From Candidatus Micrarchaeia archaeon (GTDB lineage Archaea; Micrarchaeota; Micrarchaeia; Norongarragalinales; UBA8480), in the NCBI GenBank assembly GCA_039794045.1, contig JBAMLY010000010.1, positions 1 through 33,734 on the forward strand: a stretch of 33,734 nucleotides of DNA, written 5' to 3'. Both the position numbers and the translations under genes were made by a program. The notes under the pieces are model-generated. The model was not told the origin of the DNA and did not search any database. It saw nothing but the letters and a program-made list of their open reading frames with translations. Shown piece after piece: positions 1-8,692 of the stretch (position 1 is the first letter of the stretch; each line of letters begins with the position of its first letter).

Positions 1-876
1 CTTGAAATCTTTTCTCGCGAGTTCCCTCAAGTACTCACGGACTGCTTCGCTTGTGTCAGCGTGCTTCAAGCCGAATTCTACTGTGGCTTTGACGAAGTTG
101 GCTTTGTCGCCTACTGCCTTCCACTCGCAGTCCAAGATTTTCGCGTAAAACTTTTGCTTGTGCTTGCGCGCAACCGCCTTGGCAACGTCGGGCCACCACT
201 TCTCGCCTTTCACTAGCGGCGCGTCGTCGATGCAGTCGAAGAACTCGGGAGTGAAAATCCAGCGGCCGCACGAGGCGATGTCGGAAGGCGCTTGTTCCGG
301 CGAGGGTTTTTCCACCATTTCCTCGACTTCGAAAACGCCTTTCTCGATTTCCTTTCCCTTTATCGCGCCGTACTTGTGAATCTCGCTTTTCGGGACGCGC
401 GTGCAGCCTATCACGCTGCCCCCATGCTTTTCGTGGACTAGCGCCATCTGTTTAACGCTCGGCACCGCGCCCAGGAAGAAGTCGTCGCCGGTCAGGACCG
501 CGAAGGACTCGCCGTCGATGTGGTCCCGCGCGCACGCGACCGCGTCGGGAATGCCTTTCGGCTCCTTCTGGCGCACGTAGAAAATGTTGGCCATCCTTGA
601 AATGTGTTCTATTTGCTCGAGCTTTTCCTTGTCGCCTTTCGCGTGCAACAAGTGCTCGAGTTCGGGGTTGCGGTCGAAGTAGTTCTCAATGTTGTATTTC
701 CCGCGTCCCGTAACGATTATGATGTCCTTGATGCCAGAGTTGATCGCTTCCTCGACCACGAAGTGAATTACTGGCTTGTCGATTATTGGCAGCATCTCCT
801 TCGGCATCGCCTTAGTCGCCGGAAGGAAGCGCGTGCCAAAGCCAGCCGCGAGAATTACTGCCTTGCGAACTTTCAT
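1..876 (-). CDS. galU: UTP--glucose-1-phosphate uridylyltransferase family sugar-phosphate nucleotidyltransferase (3' end runs off the window)
   Basis: Not in the ORF track; translated by hand from the ATG at 876: MKVRKAVILAAGFGTRFLPATKAMPKEMLPIIDKPVIHFVVEEA...VRQKEPKG...GDD...VEKP. The frame is open to position 1. Confidence 0.9.
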   Translation of the reverse strand, partial: MKVRKAVILAAGFGTRFLPATKAMPKEMLPIIDKPVIHFVVEEAINSGIKDIIIVTGRGKYNIENYFDRNPELEHLLHAKGDKEKLEQIEHISRMANIFYVRQKEPKGIPDAVACARDHIDGESFAVLTGDDFFLGAVPSVKQMALVHEKHGGSVIGCTRVPKSEIHKYGAIKGKEIEKGVFEVEEMVEKPSPEQAPSDIASCGRWIFTPEFFDCIDDAPLVKGEKWWPDVAKAVARKHKQKFYAKILDCEWKAVGDKANFVKATVEFGLKHADTSEAVREYLRELARKDFK

Positions 877-925
877 GAAACCACTAAATTAAAAATTGCG
901 GGAGAGTAATAAAAAAGCGTTTGTT

Positions 926-996
926 GCGGCCGTGGTCTAATGGTATGACCTGAGCTTCCCAAGCTTAGAGCCCGGGTTCGATTCCCGGCGGCCGCA
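926..996 (+). tRNA. tRNA-Gly(CCC)
   Basis: Acceptor stem GCGGCCG/CGGCCGC, anticodon arm TGAGC-TTCCCAA-GCTTA, T arm CCGGG-TTCGATT-CCCGG, discriminator A. No encoded CCA. Confidence 0.96.
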
Positions 997-998
997 CT

Positions 999-2726
999 CT
1001 AATACTTCTTGGCTTGCTTTACTGCTTCGCGCTTAAAGGAAGCGTACTGCTTTAACACTGTCTTGCCGGCATGCTCCATTACAGTCTTGAGTATTATTCT
1101 TTCTTCTTGCGGGGTTACCTGCCGCGTTGCCGCCTTCCTGGCTAGCTCTCTTAGCACTTGGGGGACGTACAAATGCGTTTCCTCTCGTTTTTTCTTGTAT
1201 TTCTTCATTCTCTCTTCTGCCAAGGAAAGCAACCTGTCTTTTAAGGCTTCCGCGGACTCCTCGCCGCTTTCAGGCAAGGGAAGCTCAAGTAGGTTCTGGT
1301 ATTCCTCGCGGCTTTGCCCGCCGGCTCCGAAGTGCTTGTAGTTCACGGTCGCGCCAAAGTTAACGAAACGCATTTCTTCCTCGCCTTTCAGGCGCTCGCT
1401 TAAGTCAGCTAAAACTTTGTTCTTGAATTCCTCTGAGGCAGGCAAGTCAATGTCTGGAGCGAATACGACGAACTCGTCGCCGCCCACGCGCGCCACCGTC
1501 GCGTCCTTGGGAGCGTGTTTTTTCAGCGTGTCGGCGATTATCTTTATTCCCTTGTCGCCTGCCTCGTAGCCGTGAAAATCATTTAACAACTTCAAGTTGT
1601 TAGCGTCCACGTAGAAAATGGTGGCGCGCTTGTTTTGCAGGTTTAACTTGAAGTTTGGGTTTTCGGGTGGGAAGGCATTGAAGTAATCGCGAATGCGGCG
1701 GAACAAGACGACGCGGTTGTACAAGCCAGTGAGGCTGTCGCGTTCAGCAACCCGTCGCAGGCCGCGCGTGAGTTCGGCGTTGTGGATTGTGGTCGCGGTG
1801 TTGTCGGCAAGCACTTTAAGCATTCTCAGCTCGTGGGGGCGAAATTGCTCGTCAGCATGCTTTCCACCCTTGAATACCCCAATTACTCCCACCAGCACGG
1901 GCTTGCCGTCAGCGCCTTTGACCGTCAGCGGCACGGCGACAGAGTGCTTGAACTGGTATTTCTGGTCTAACTCTCTATTCACTGACTCGGGCCACTCAAG
2001 CAAGTTAAGCACTTCCTGGTACTGCAGTGTTTCAGCTGCTTTCCCGACGAGGCCTTTCCCGAAGGAAATGTTGTCGAACTTCAAGAAGTCCTTGGGCAAG
2101 ATTTCCTCTCCAGCAAAAGCGGCTAGTTCCAACTTGTTGCCTTCAGATGGCCTCAACACTATCGCTGTTGCGTTGAAGCGCTCGGCGAAACGCTCTGCAA
2201 CTTTTTGAAGCAATTGGTCTAAGTCGCGTTGAGAGTTAATGGTGTCCGCCAAGTCAAAAAATTCTTTCAACAACTTGCTTTGCTCGAGCACGCGCCGCGT
2301 GTGAGTCATTGAAGCAAAAATTTTTGGTTCGCCCGCCGTCGGCCGGTAAATGGTGAAGCGCGCAATTGTTTCAATCGGTTCTCCTTTTGGGTCACGGCGA
2401 ATCACCAGAGAGGGGCGCACGACGCGAGTCTCTCCTGGCTTGACTTCTCGAGCGTGCTGCATCACTTCCTCTACCAAACCAACGTGGTCCGCGGGTTCTT
2501 CCTCAATAATTTCCCTCAAGTGCTTCCCAATCAATTTCTCGCGCGGAACGCCGAAAGAAGTGACTGTCTTCTTGTTCACGTGCCGCACGAAGCCACGCGC
2601 ATCCATTTCCAGCAAGGGAATGTTGAAGCGCTCCATTGCCTCGCGCCCGGCCCTCTCCCTCCCCTGCTTAAACAACTGACGCAAAACGTCTGTGGGCAGA
2701 GTAGTCGTCGCACGTTTTTCTTCCAT
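999..2726 (-). CDS. PAS-GAF-GGDEF diguanylate cyclase
   Basis: PAS-like N-terminal region (LLEMDARGFVRHVN...KLIGKHL), GAF domain (DLDQLLQKV...GKGLVGKAA...AVPL...VGVI...LADN), then DSLTGLYNR, YVDANNLKLLNDFHGYEAGD and VARVGGDEF. Confidence 0.92.
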   Translation of the reverse strand: MEEKRATTTLPTDVLRQLFKQGRERAGREAMERFNIPLLEMDARGFVRHVNKKTVTSFGVPREKLIGKHLREIIEEEPADHVGLVEEVMQHAREVKPGETRVVRPSLVIRRDPKGEPIETIARFTIYRPTAGEPKIFASMTHTRRVLEQSKLLKEFFDLADTINSQRDLDQLLQKVAERFAERFNATAIVLRPSEGNKLELAAFAGEEILPKDFLKFDNISFGKGLVGKAAETLQYQEVLNLLEWPESVNRELDQKYQFKHSVAVPLTVKGADGKPVLVGVIGVFKGGKHADEQFRPHELRMLKVLADNTATTIHNAELTRGLRRVAERDSLTGLYNRVVLFRRIRDYFNAFPPENPNFKLNLQNKRATIFYVDANNLKLLNDFHGYEAGDKGIKIIADTLKKHAPKDATVARVGGDEFVVFAPDIDLPASEEFKNKVLADLSERLKGEEEMRFVNFGATVNYKHFGAGGQSREEYQNLLELPLPESGEESAEALKDRLLSLAEERMKKYKKKREETHLYVPQVLRELARKAATRQVTPQEERIILKTVMEHAGKTVLKQYASFKREAVKQAKKY

Positions 2727-2768
2727 GCAAGAATAAAGGGAAAAAACGAATTAAAGGCTTTGCGCGCT

Positions 2769-4013
2769 TCAATAGAGAGGATGCTGTCTCGTAAGCTCGA
2801 GAACGCGGTCTCGCACAGACGAAATCATTGACTCATTCGAGTGGCTCTTAACCACTCCAGCGATAAGGCGGCCGATTTCGGCGCACTCGCTTTCGTTGAA
2901 TCCCCTGCTCGTAATCGCGGGCGTGCCCAACCTAATTCCCGACGGGTCAAACGGAGGCCGGGAGTCGAAGGGAACCAAGTTCTTGTTAACCGTGATTAGC
3001 GCGCGGTCGAGCGCAGTCTCAGCCTCCTTGCCGCTAACGCCAAGCCCGGAAAGGTCTGCAAGAATCAAGTGATTGTCAGTGCCACCAGTCACCAGCCGCA
3101 CGCCTTCGCCTGCAAGCGTCTCCGCCATCGACTTCGCATTCGCAACCACCTGCGCCGCGTACTTCTTGAACTCTGGCTTGAGCATCAACCCCGCCGCGAC
3201 CGCGATACCGGCAGTAACGTGGTTGTGTGGCCCGCCCTGAAAGCCGGGAAAGACGCTCTTGTCGATTTTGTGCGCTAAACCCGCGCGGCACATTATGAGC
3301 GCGCCCCGCGGCCCGTTGAACGTCTTGTGCGTCGTCGTGGTAACGACGTCCATGAACGGAAAAGGCGAGGGATGCACGCCGCCTGCAATCAATCCTGAAA
3401 TGTGCGAAATGTCAGCCATCGCGTAGGCGCCGACCTCGTGCGCGATTTCCGCAAACTCCTTGAACGGAATCTGGCGTGGATAGGCAGTTGCACCGCATAC
3501 GATTACTTTCGGCTTGCACTCGCGTGCGAGCTTTCGCACTGCGTCGAGGTCGATTAGCTCGTCTTCGCGGCGCACTCCGTACTGCACGAACTTCCACGCG
3601 CGGCCAGCGAAGCTGACCTTGTAGCCGTGGGTGAGGTGCCCGCCTTCCATGAGGCTCATTCCCATCGCGGTGTCGCCTATTTCCATCAACGCAGCGTAGG
3701 CTTCAATGTTGGCGGGCGAGCCAGAGTATGGCTGGACGTTTGCGTGCTCGCAGCCGAAAACTTTCTTGACGCGCTCGATTGCGAGTGACTCTATTTCGTC
3801 GATGTACTGATTGCCGCCGTAGTAGCGTTTGCCCGGAAGGCCTTCAGAGTATTTGTTGTTGAGCACGCTGCCGAGCGCCTGCAGCACTGCAAGCGGAGCA
3901 AAAGACTCGCTTGGAATTAGTTCGAGGCCGTTCGTCTGGCGCGCGCGTTCTTTTTCTATAATAGAGTAGACTATGGGATCGACTTTTTCGAGCGAGTCCT
4001 TAAATGGATTCAT
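2769..4013 (-). CDS. glyA: Serine hydroxymethyltransferase, bacterial (THF) type
   Basis: Motifs LELIPSE, NKYSEGLPGKRYYGG, GGHLTHG, PLP-lysine motif TTTTHKTFNGPRG, FPGFQGGP and SGIRLGTPA. Start moved to the ATG at 4013, which follows a GAGGTG RBS. Confidence 0.96.
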   Translation of the reverse strand: MNPFKDSLEKVDPIVYSIIEKERARQTNGLELIPSESFAPLAVLQALGSVLNNKYSEGLPGKRYYGGNQYIDEIESLAIERVKKVFGCEHANVQPYSGSPANIEAYAALMEIGDTAMGMSLMEGGHLTHGYKVSFAGRAWKFVQYGVRREDELIDLDAVRKLARECKPKVIVCGATAYPRQIPFKEFAEIAHEVGAYAMADISHISGLIAGGVHPSPFPFMDVVTTTTHKTFNGPRGALIMCRAGLAHKIDKSVFPGFQGGPHNHVTAGIAVAAGLMLKPEFKKYAAQVVANAKSMAETLAGEGVRLVTGGTDNHLILADLSGLGVSGKEAETALDRALITVNKNLVPFDSRPPFDPSGIRLGTPAITSRGFNESECAEIGRLIAGVVKSHSNESMISSVRDRVLELTRQHPLY

Positions 4014-4025
4014 TTTATTCACCTC

Positions 4026-4909
4026 TCAAAACGGCCGCTTAACGTTCGGAAAGTTCTCCCACACGCTGACGCCGCACCAGCGCACGCGTTCAGGGCACGG
4101 GCCTTCAAGAGCCTTGTGTTCGACGAGGCCATTGCGGGCTTTGCACGCTGGCCCAAGATACTTCGCCAGCCGCGAGTGCACTGCAGCGATTTGTGCGAGT
4201 TCCTGCATCGTGACGTCGAATCTTTCGCGTTGCGCGTTGAAGCAAGTGCGCATGCGCGTCTTGTGAATAAAGTGAATGAGGGCGCGCTTTCGGTGAAGCA
4301 CACGGATACGGCGTTGGGCAGCAAGTAGCAGGCGTGTTCCGCGGGAACTCCTGCGTCCACTAACTCGTTCTTCGCGTTCCACAACACAGTCATGGCATTC
4401 TCGTAGACTTCCAGTGCGTCGGCGTTGTCGGCGATGGACTGGGGCGTTACGTAGTCTTGTTCGCGTGAGTGGGTGCGCGAGAGAAGCGGCCGCGACGCGG
4501 GCGTGGTGCGGTGGCGCTGGTTCTGTGAGTCAGCAGTGTGACTGATTTTCTTGCGGAAAACGTAGTTGGAGTGGAATAGCACGCGCATGAGCGGCGAGAG
4601 CGTCCAGTTGTTTAACGTGTCCGCCGAGAGCGCGGAAGGAATGGCGCCGACGTGGCTGTGCAGGAAACTCCAAGTGAAGTGGTGGGAAATGTTTTCGAAG
4701 CCGAAAACGAATGTTGCGTGCTGGAAGGGAGTGTGGTGGCCGGCTTCGTAAATGCTTTTGCCGATGCGGTCGCGTTGTTCTTCCGTGACTTCGTCCGCGT
4801 AAACTAGTTTGGGGTTGCAGGAGGAACGCGCGCTCGCCACCGCGAGATCGAATGGCTTATCGGTATACGCAATACGTTTGACTACGGACGCGCCTGTAAT
4901 GAATTCCAT
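4026..4909 (-). pseudogene. thyX: Flavin-dependent thymidylate synthase (ThyX, two-domain type), frameshifted and probably internally deleted
   Basis: ThyX-like motifs GHHTPFQHATFVF, SHTADSQNQRHR and ACYLLPNA lie in one frame. The C-terminus (LIHFIHKTRMRTCFNAQRE...GPAC...CPE..WCG) lies in another frame. Adding one base near 4285 joins them as FTES-G-ALIHF. Confidence 0.75.
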
Positions 4910-4935
4910 CACTGCCCCCACTGCTATACGAATAG

Positions 4936-5661
4936 TTAGAAAATTAAATAAGGTTGCGGGCGAAGACTAGGGCGGCCGAACGCGCACTTTTCTTGCAGCG
5001 GACAGGCTGCGCAGTCTGGCTCGTTCTTCCAACAGTTTTTTTTCGCGAGCTCGACGAGTAGGGCGTGAAACTCGTTGAACGTTTTCGCGTCGCGAGACAA
5101 GTTTTCTTCGAACAAGCGCTGAAATTCTTCGTAAGAACTTTTCTCGGGTAGAAAGCCAAGGCGCGAAAAAATTCTTTTAGTGTAAGCGTCCACCACGAAT
5201 TTAGGCTTCTTTGCGGCGTACAAAATAATTGAGTCAGCGGTTTCAGGGCCGACACCGTTAATTGAAAGCAAGCCGGCGCGCAGTTTTTCCACGGGTTGCG
5301 AGAAAAGTTTTTTCAAGCCGCCGCTGCGCTCTACAAAATCGGTGAATGCTTTCAGTTTCTTCGTCTTCTGGTTGTAGTAACCGCTGGAGCGCACGCAAGC
5401 CGCGATTTTCAATGAAGGCGCGCAGGCAAGCGCTTTAAAGGAAAGAAGTTTTTTTGCGCGCAAGCACTCGAGTGCTTTTTCGACGTTCTTCCACGACGTG
5501 TTCTGCGTTAAAATCGCGCCGACGCAGACTTCGAATGCTTGCGCGGCGTTGCGGGGCCGCGAGTAGTCGCCTGGAAAGTACTTGCCACGCAAGGGCCACC
5601 AGCCTTGCGGGCCGAACCGCGAGTAAAGCAAGTCATAAATCGCGCGCACTTTAAAGTGCAT
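4936..5661 (-). CDS. HhH-GPD family DNA glycosylase (endonuclease III-related, with [4Fe-4S] motif)
   Basis: GPQGWWP, VGAILTQNTSWKNV, HhH motif LLSINGVGPETADSI (Glu at the lyase-Lys position), VVDAY and C-x6-C-x2-C-x5-C. Confidence 0.9.
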   Translation of the reverse strand: MHFKVRAIYDLLYSRFGPQGWWPLRGKYFPGDYSRPRNAAQAFEVCVGAILTQNTSWKNVEKALECLRAKKLLSFKALACAPSLKIAACVRSSGYYNQKTKKLKAFTDFVERSGGLKKLFSQPVEKLRAGLLSINGVGPETADSIILYAAKKPKFVVDAYTKRIFSRLGFLPEKSSYEEFQRLFEENLSRDAKTFNEFHALLVELAKKNCWKNEPDCAACPLQEKCAFGRPSLRPQPYLIF

Positions 5662-5665
5662 GCCG

Positions 5666-7102
5666 TCAGCCTTTTATGACGCCGATTGGAGTAAAGCGGG
5701 CAACCATCTTGGAGATGCCAGCTATTTCCACGCTTTTCACGACGTCGTCCACGTTCTTGTAAGCGCCGCCAGCTTCTTCTGCAAGCGATTGAGGCGAAGT
5801 GGCTTTCACTGCCATGCCTTGAGCCTCCATTTGCTTCCACAACTCAGTGCCGCGGTAGTGGCGAAGCGCCTCGTGGCGGCTCATCACGCGCCCCGCGCCA
5901 TGGCAAGTGCTGCCCCAAGTTTCCTTTGCTGTTGGCAGGCCGAGCAGCAAATAAGAGGCGGTGTTCATTGATCCAGGAATGATAACTGGTTGCCCAAGCG
6001 AGCGGTAAGCCACTGGAACTTCTTTTCTTCCCTTCCAGAAAGCACGCGTTGCGCCCTTGCGGTGAACGCACACTGTTCGCTTCACGCCGTCCACTTCGTG
6101 TTCTTCTAGTTTAGCTATGTTGTGGCATACATCGTAGACTAGCTTCATTTCGTAGTCCTCCCACGGAGAGCCCAGTACTTGCTGGAATGTCTCGCGAATC
6201 CAGTGAGTCATTACTTGGCGGTTGCAGAAAGCATAGTTGACGGCGCTCTTCATTGCCCCAAAATAATTCTCGGCTTCCTTTGAGTGCAAGGGAGCGCAAC
6301 ACAACTCCTTATCAGCCAACTCTATCTCGTACTTTTGCGTTGCTTGAAGCATTACGCGAATATAGTCGTCGCAAATCTGGTGGCCGTAGCCGCGGCTGCC
6401 AGAGTGAATCATTACAGTAACTTGTCCTTTCTCGAGCACGCCGAACGCCTTTGCTGCTTCGGCGTCGAAAATGTGGTCGACGCGCTGGATTTCCAGGAAG
6501 TGGTTGCCGCTCCCGAGAGTACCGAATTGCGGGCCTCCCCGCTTTTTCGCCATGTCGCTCGCCTTGCTTGGATCAGCACCTTCAATGTAGCCGCCTTCTT
6601 CCTCGATGTGCTCTAAATCTTCTTTTACGCCGAACCCTTTGTCGACAGCCCACTTCGCACCGTAAGTAGTCGCTTCGTCGAGTTGCGAGGGAGTAAGCCG
6701 CATCTTGCCTTTCTCGCCGACTCCGCAAGGAATGTTTTCGAACGCGGCGTTTATTAGTTGCTTGAGCTTTGGCCGAACGTCTTCCTCGCTTAAATTAGTA
6801 GTAATCAAGCGAACGCCGCAATTAATGTCGTAGCCCACGCCGCCCGGCGAAATAACGCCTTCCTCGCCATCGAACGCTGCCACCCCGCCAATGGGAAAGC
6901 CGTAGCCCTCGTGCCCGTCAGGCATGACCATTGAAGCGCCGAGAATGCCGGGCAGGGTTGCGACGTTCTTCGCCTGCTGCAGCGTACGGTCTTCAGCCAT
7001 TTTTGCGAGCATGTGCTCCATAGCGTAAACGCGGACGGGAACGCGCATGCCTCCTTCCCGCGGGAGTTCCCAGACAACTTCGCTTAATTTATTGAAATCC
7101 AT
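5666..7102 (-). CDS. rtcB: RNA-splicing ligase RtcB
   Basis: MPDGHEGYGFPIGG, GVGYDINCG, GTLGSGNHFLE, HSGSRG, HNIAK, HRKGAT, IIPGSM, HGAGR and AYK. Normal length, no intein. Confidence 0.98.
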   Translation of the reverse strand: MDFNKLSEVVWELPREGGMRVPVRVYAMEHMLAKMAEDRTLQQAKNVATLPGILGASMVMPDGHEGYGFPIGGVAAFDGEEGVISPGGVGYDINCGVRLITTNLSEEDVRPKLKQLINAAFENIPCGVGEKGKMRLTPSQLDEATTYGAKWAVDKGFGVKEDLEHIEEEGGYIEGADPSKASDMAKKRGGPQFGTLGSGNHFLEIQRVDHIFDAEAAKAFGVLEKGQVTVMIHSGSRGYGHQICDDYIRVMLQATQKYEIELADKELCCAPLHSKEAENYFGAMKSAVNYAFCNRQVMTHWIRETFQQVLGSPWEDYEMKLVYDVCHNIAKLEEHEVDGVKRTVCVHRKGATRAFWKGRKEVPVAYRSLGQPVIIPGSMNTASYLLLGLPTAKETWGSTCHGAGRVMSRHEALRHYRGTELWKQMEAQGMAVKATSPQSLAEEAGGAYKNVDDVVKSVEIAGISKMVARFTPIGVIKG

Positions 7103-7182
7103 TCTATCACCACTGGATCCGAATGGACGCCTTAATCCAGTAAAGCAATTAAAGGCGTTCCGCCAATAATAATTGTTTCGCT

Positions 7183-7449
7183 GCCGGGGTGGCGGAATCC
7201 GGTAAACGCGCCAGACTCGAGCGACCTCCTTTTCTTTCTCAAAGAAAGAAAAGTAGCTCGACCAGTCAAAAGAAAGAGCGACTGGTCCCTTTTCCCGCTC
7301 GGTTAGGAAAAAGTAAAAGCATTGGCTTTCAAAGAAGTGGCTTTCCTCTTTTTTGACTCGCCAACATGCTTTCTTTTCCTAAAAGAGAAAAAAGGAGGGT
7401 GATCTGGAGGGTCGCAAGGCCCGCACGAGTTCAAATCTCGTCCCCGGCG
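7183..7449 (+). tRNA. tRNA-Ser(CGA) with a 180-nt intron at position 37/38 (exons 7183-7221 and 7402-7449)
   Basis: Acceptor GCCGGGG/CCCCGGC with discriminator G; anticodon arm CCAGA-CTCGAG|A-TCTGG after removing 7222-7401; long variable arm GGGTC-GCAA-GGCCC; T arm ACGAG-TTCAAAT-CTCGT. Confidence 0.9.
7229..7277 (+). repeat. Pyrimidine/purine hairpin plus mirror purine tract (intrastrand triplex-type motif) inside the tRNA-Ser intron
   Basis: CTTTTCTTTCT (7229-7239) pairs with AGAAAGAAAAG (7243-7253). AAAAGAAAGA (7268-7277) is the mirror image of 7243-7252. Confidence 0.75.
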
Positions 7450-7455
7450 CTCTCC

Positions 7456-8319
7456 TCAACACACTAATAAGTAAAACAACGCGGTTGCTATCGCTGCACC
7501 AATTATTGCACTGAACAAGTTTGTGACGTCGTTGTCAAACCACTTCGCGCCCCTCAAAAAACGAGTTGCGCGGCCGCACTTGTGGACTTTCCTCTCAGTT
7601 TCCTTGCCGCACGAGTCACAGAAATACATTACTTGCACGGTAGCTCCAAGCAAGCTGTCCGCAAACATTCCAGCCACTCCCGCCACGAAAACCACCAAGA
7701 AAAACGCTGGCGAACCGCCTGGAACCACGAGCTCGGGTTTTCCGGCGAAGACGCTGGAAAGAGAAAGCAAGAACGAAGCAGAAAAAGCTATGAACAAGGA
7801 AGCCGCAGCGCCAGCGCCAGAACCCAGCAAAGACACTGCACCACTGCACCCCCTCTCCACCCTCTTAAAAGAAGTTACCAAGAAAGGCCTTCCCTTGCTC
7901 AGCACGCCAATCTCGGTAGCGAAAGTGTCTGCAGTCACTACCGCCAGCGAAGCAACGAAGGCAGTAAACACTACTGGCTGCGAGTAAAAATGGTAGACTG
8001 CAGCGAGAAACAATGGAACCGCGCCATTGGCAGCCACTTGAGCGAAGTCGCGCACGCCCCCTTTCGCGAAGTCGGCGTTGACTTCCTTCTTAGCATGCGC
8101 CTTAAAGCGCGTCGCCAGAGAAGAAGACAAGAAAAACAATGAAAGCAAGCAAAACCACACCCACCCTTCGTAGGGAGGAACAGGCAAGACAAATATTGCA
8201 GCGCCCATTACGATGGCTGCAAGCGTGCCGCTCTCGGAAAGCATTTCCTTCTTGAACGCGAAAATCGCGAGCAAGAGTATAACTACTAAGCCGGCAAGCG
8301 ACTTGAACAACGGAAGCAC
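7456..8319 (-). CDS. DUF92 (TMEM19-like) integral membrane protein
   Basis: Multiple TM segments and motifs LSESGTLAA, RDFAQVAANG, TADTFATEIG, GAVSLLG, DSLLGATVQ and NDVTN, plus a CxxC...HxC insert. Confidence 0.9.
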   Translation of the reverse strand: MLPLFKSLAGLVVILLLAIFAFKKEMLSESGTLAAIVMGAAIFVLPVPPYEGWVWFCLLSLFFLSSSLATRFKAHAKKEVNADFAKGGVRDFAQVAANGAVPLFLAAVYHFYSQPVVFTAFVASLAVVTADTFATEIGVLSKGRPFLVTSFKRVERGCSGAVSLLGSGAGAAASLFIAFSASFLLSLSSVFAGKPELVVPGGSPAFFLVVFVAGVAGMFADSLLGATVQVMYFCDSCGKETERKVHKCGRATRFLRGAKWFDNDVTNLFSAIIGAAIATALFYLLVC

Positions 8320-8413
8320 TTCACTGCACCCAAACAGAAAGCGTTTAATGCATTAAAGTACTTAAAAAAGAAACAAAGCGATTAATATTTTTTGGCCAAG
8401 CTTTTTTTGCGAG

Positions 8414-8635
8414 GAACGAAGCGAAGCGCAGTGACGAAGCAAAAAAAGTGCGCCTCCGTAGCTCAGAAACCCCTTTTTCTTTCTTTGCTCGCTTTGGGGG
8501 GGCTCGCGAGAAAGAAAAAGCGGTTTAACGGAAAAAGAAAGAAAAACACCGTTGTTTATACTTTTTTAGCGCGGGTTTTTGCGAACGAAGCGAAGCGCAG
8601 TGACGAAGCAAAAAAAGTGCGCCTCCGTAGCTCAG
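8414..8635 (+). repeat. 53-bp exact direct repeat (8414-8466 and 8583-8635) containing tRNA-Thr positions 1-15, flanking a 116-bp structured insert
   Basis: GAACGAAGCGAAGCGCAGTGACGAAGCAAAAAAAGTGCGCCTCCGTAGCTCAG occurs twice. Confidence 0.93.
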
Positions 8636-8692
8636 TGGTAGAGCGCCTGTCTCGTAAACAGGAGGTCGCGAGTTCAATCCTCGCCGGAGGCT
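8621..8692 (+). tRNA. tRNA-Thr(CGT)
   Basis: GCCTCCG/CGGAGGC acceptor, D arm GCTC-AGTGGTA-GAGC, anticodon arm CCTGT-CTCGTAA-ACAGG, T arm GCGAG-TTCAATC-CTCGC. Confidence 0.97.

Noticed and set aside
926..2768. Integrated element carrying the GGDEF gene at tRNA-Gly
   Set aside because: No duplicated tRNA-Gly 3' end, integrase or transposase is seen in the window.
4275..4295. Programmed ribosomal frameshift in thyX
   Set aside because: There is no convincing slippery heptamer at the junction. A single missing G restores the frame, and other signs of decay are present.
5666..7102. Intein in RtcB
   Set aside because: The 478-aa length and continuous motifs leave no room for one.
7222..7401. Box C/D guide or homing-endonuclease ORF inside the tRNA-Ser intron
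   Set aside because: No RUGAUGA/CUGA pair is visible and the intron is too short for a nuclease.
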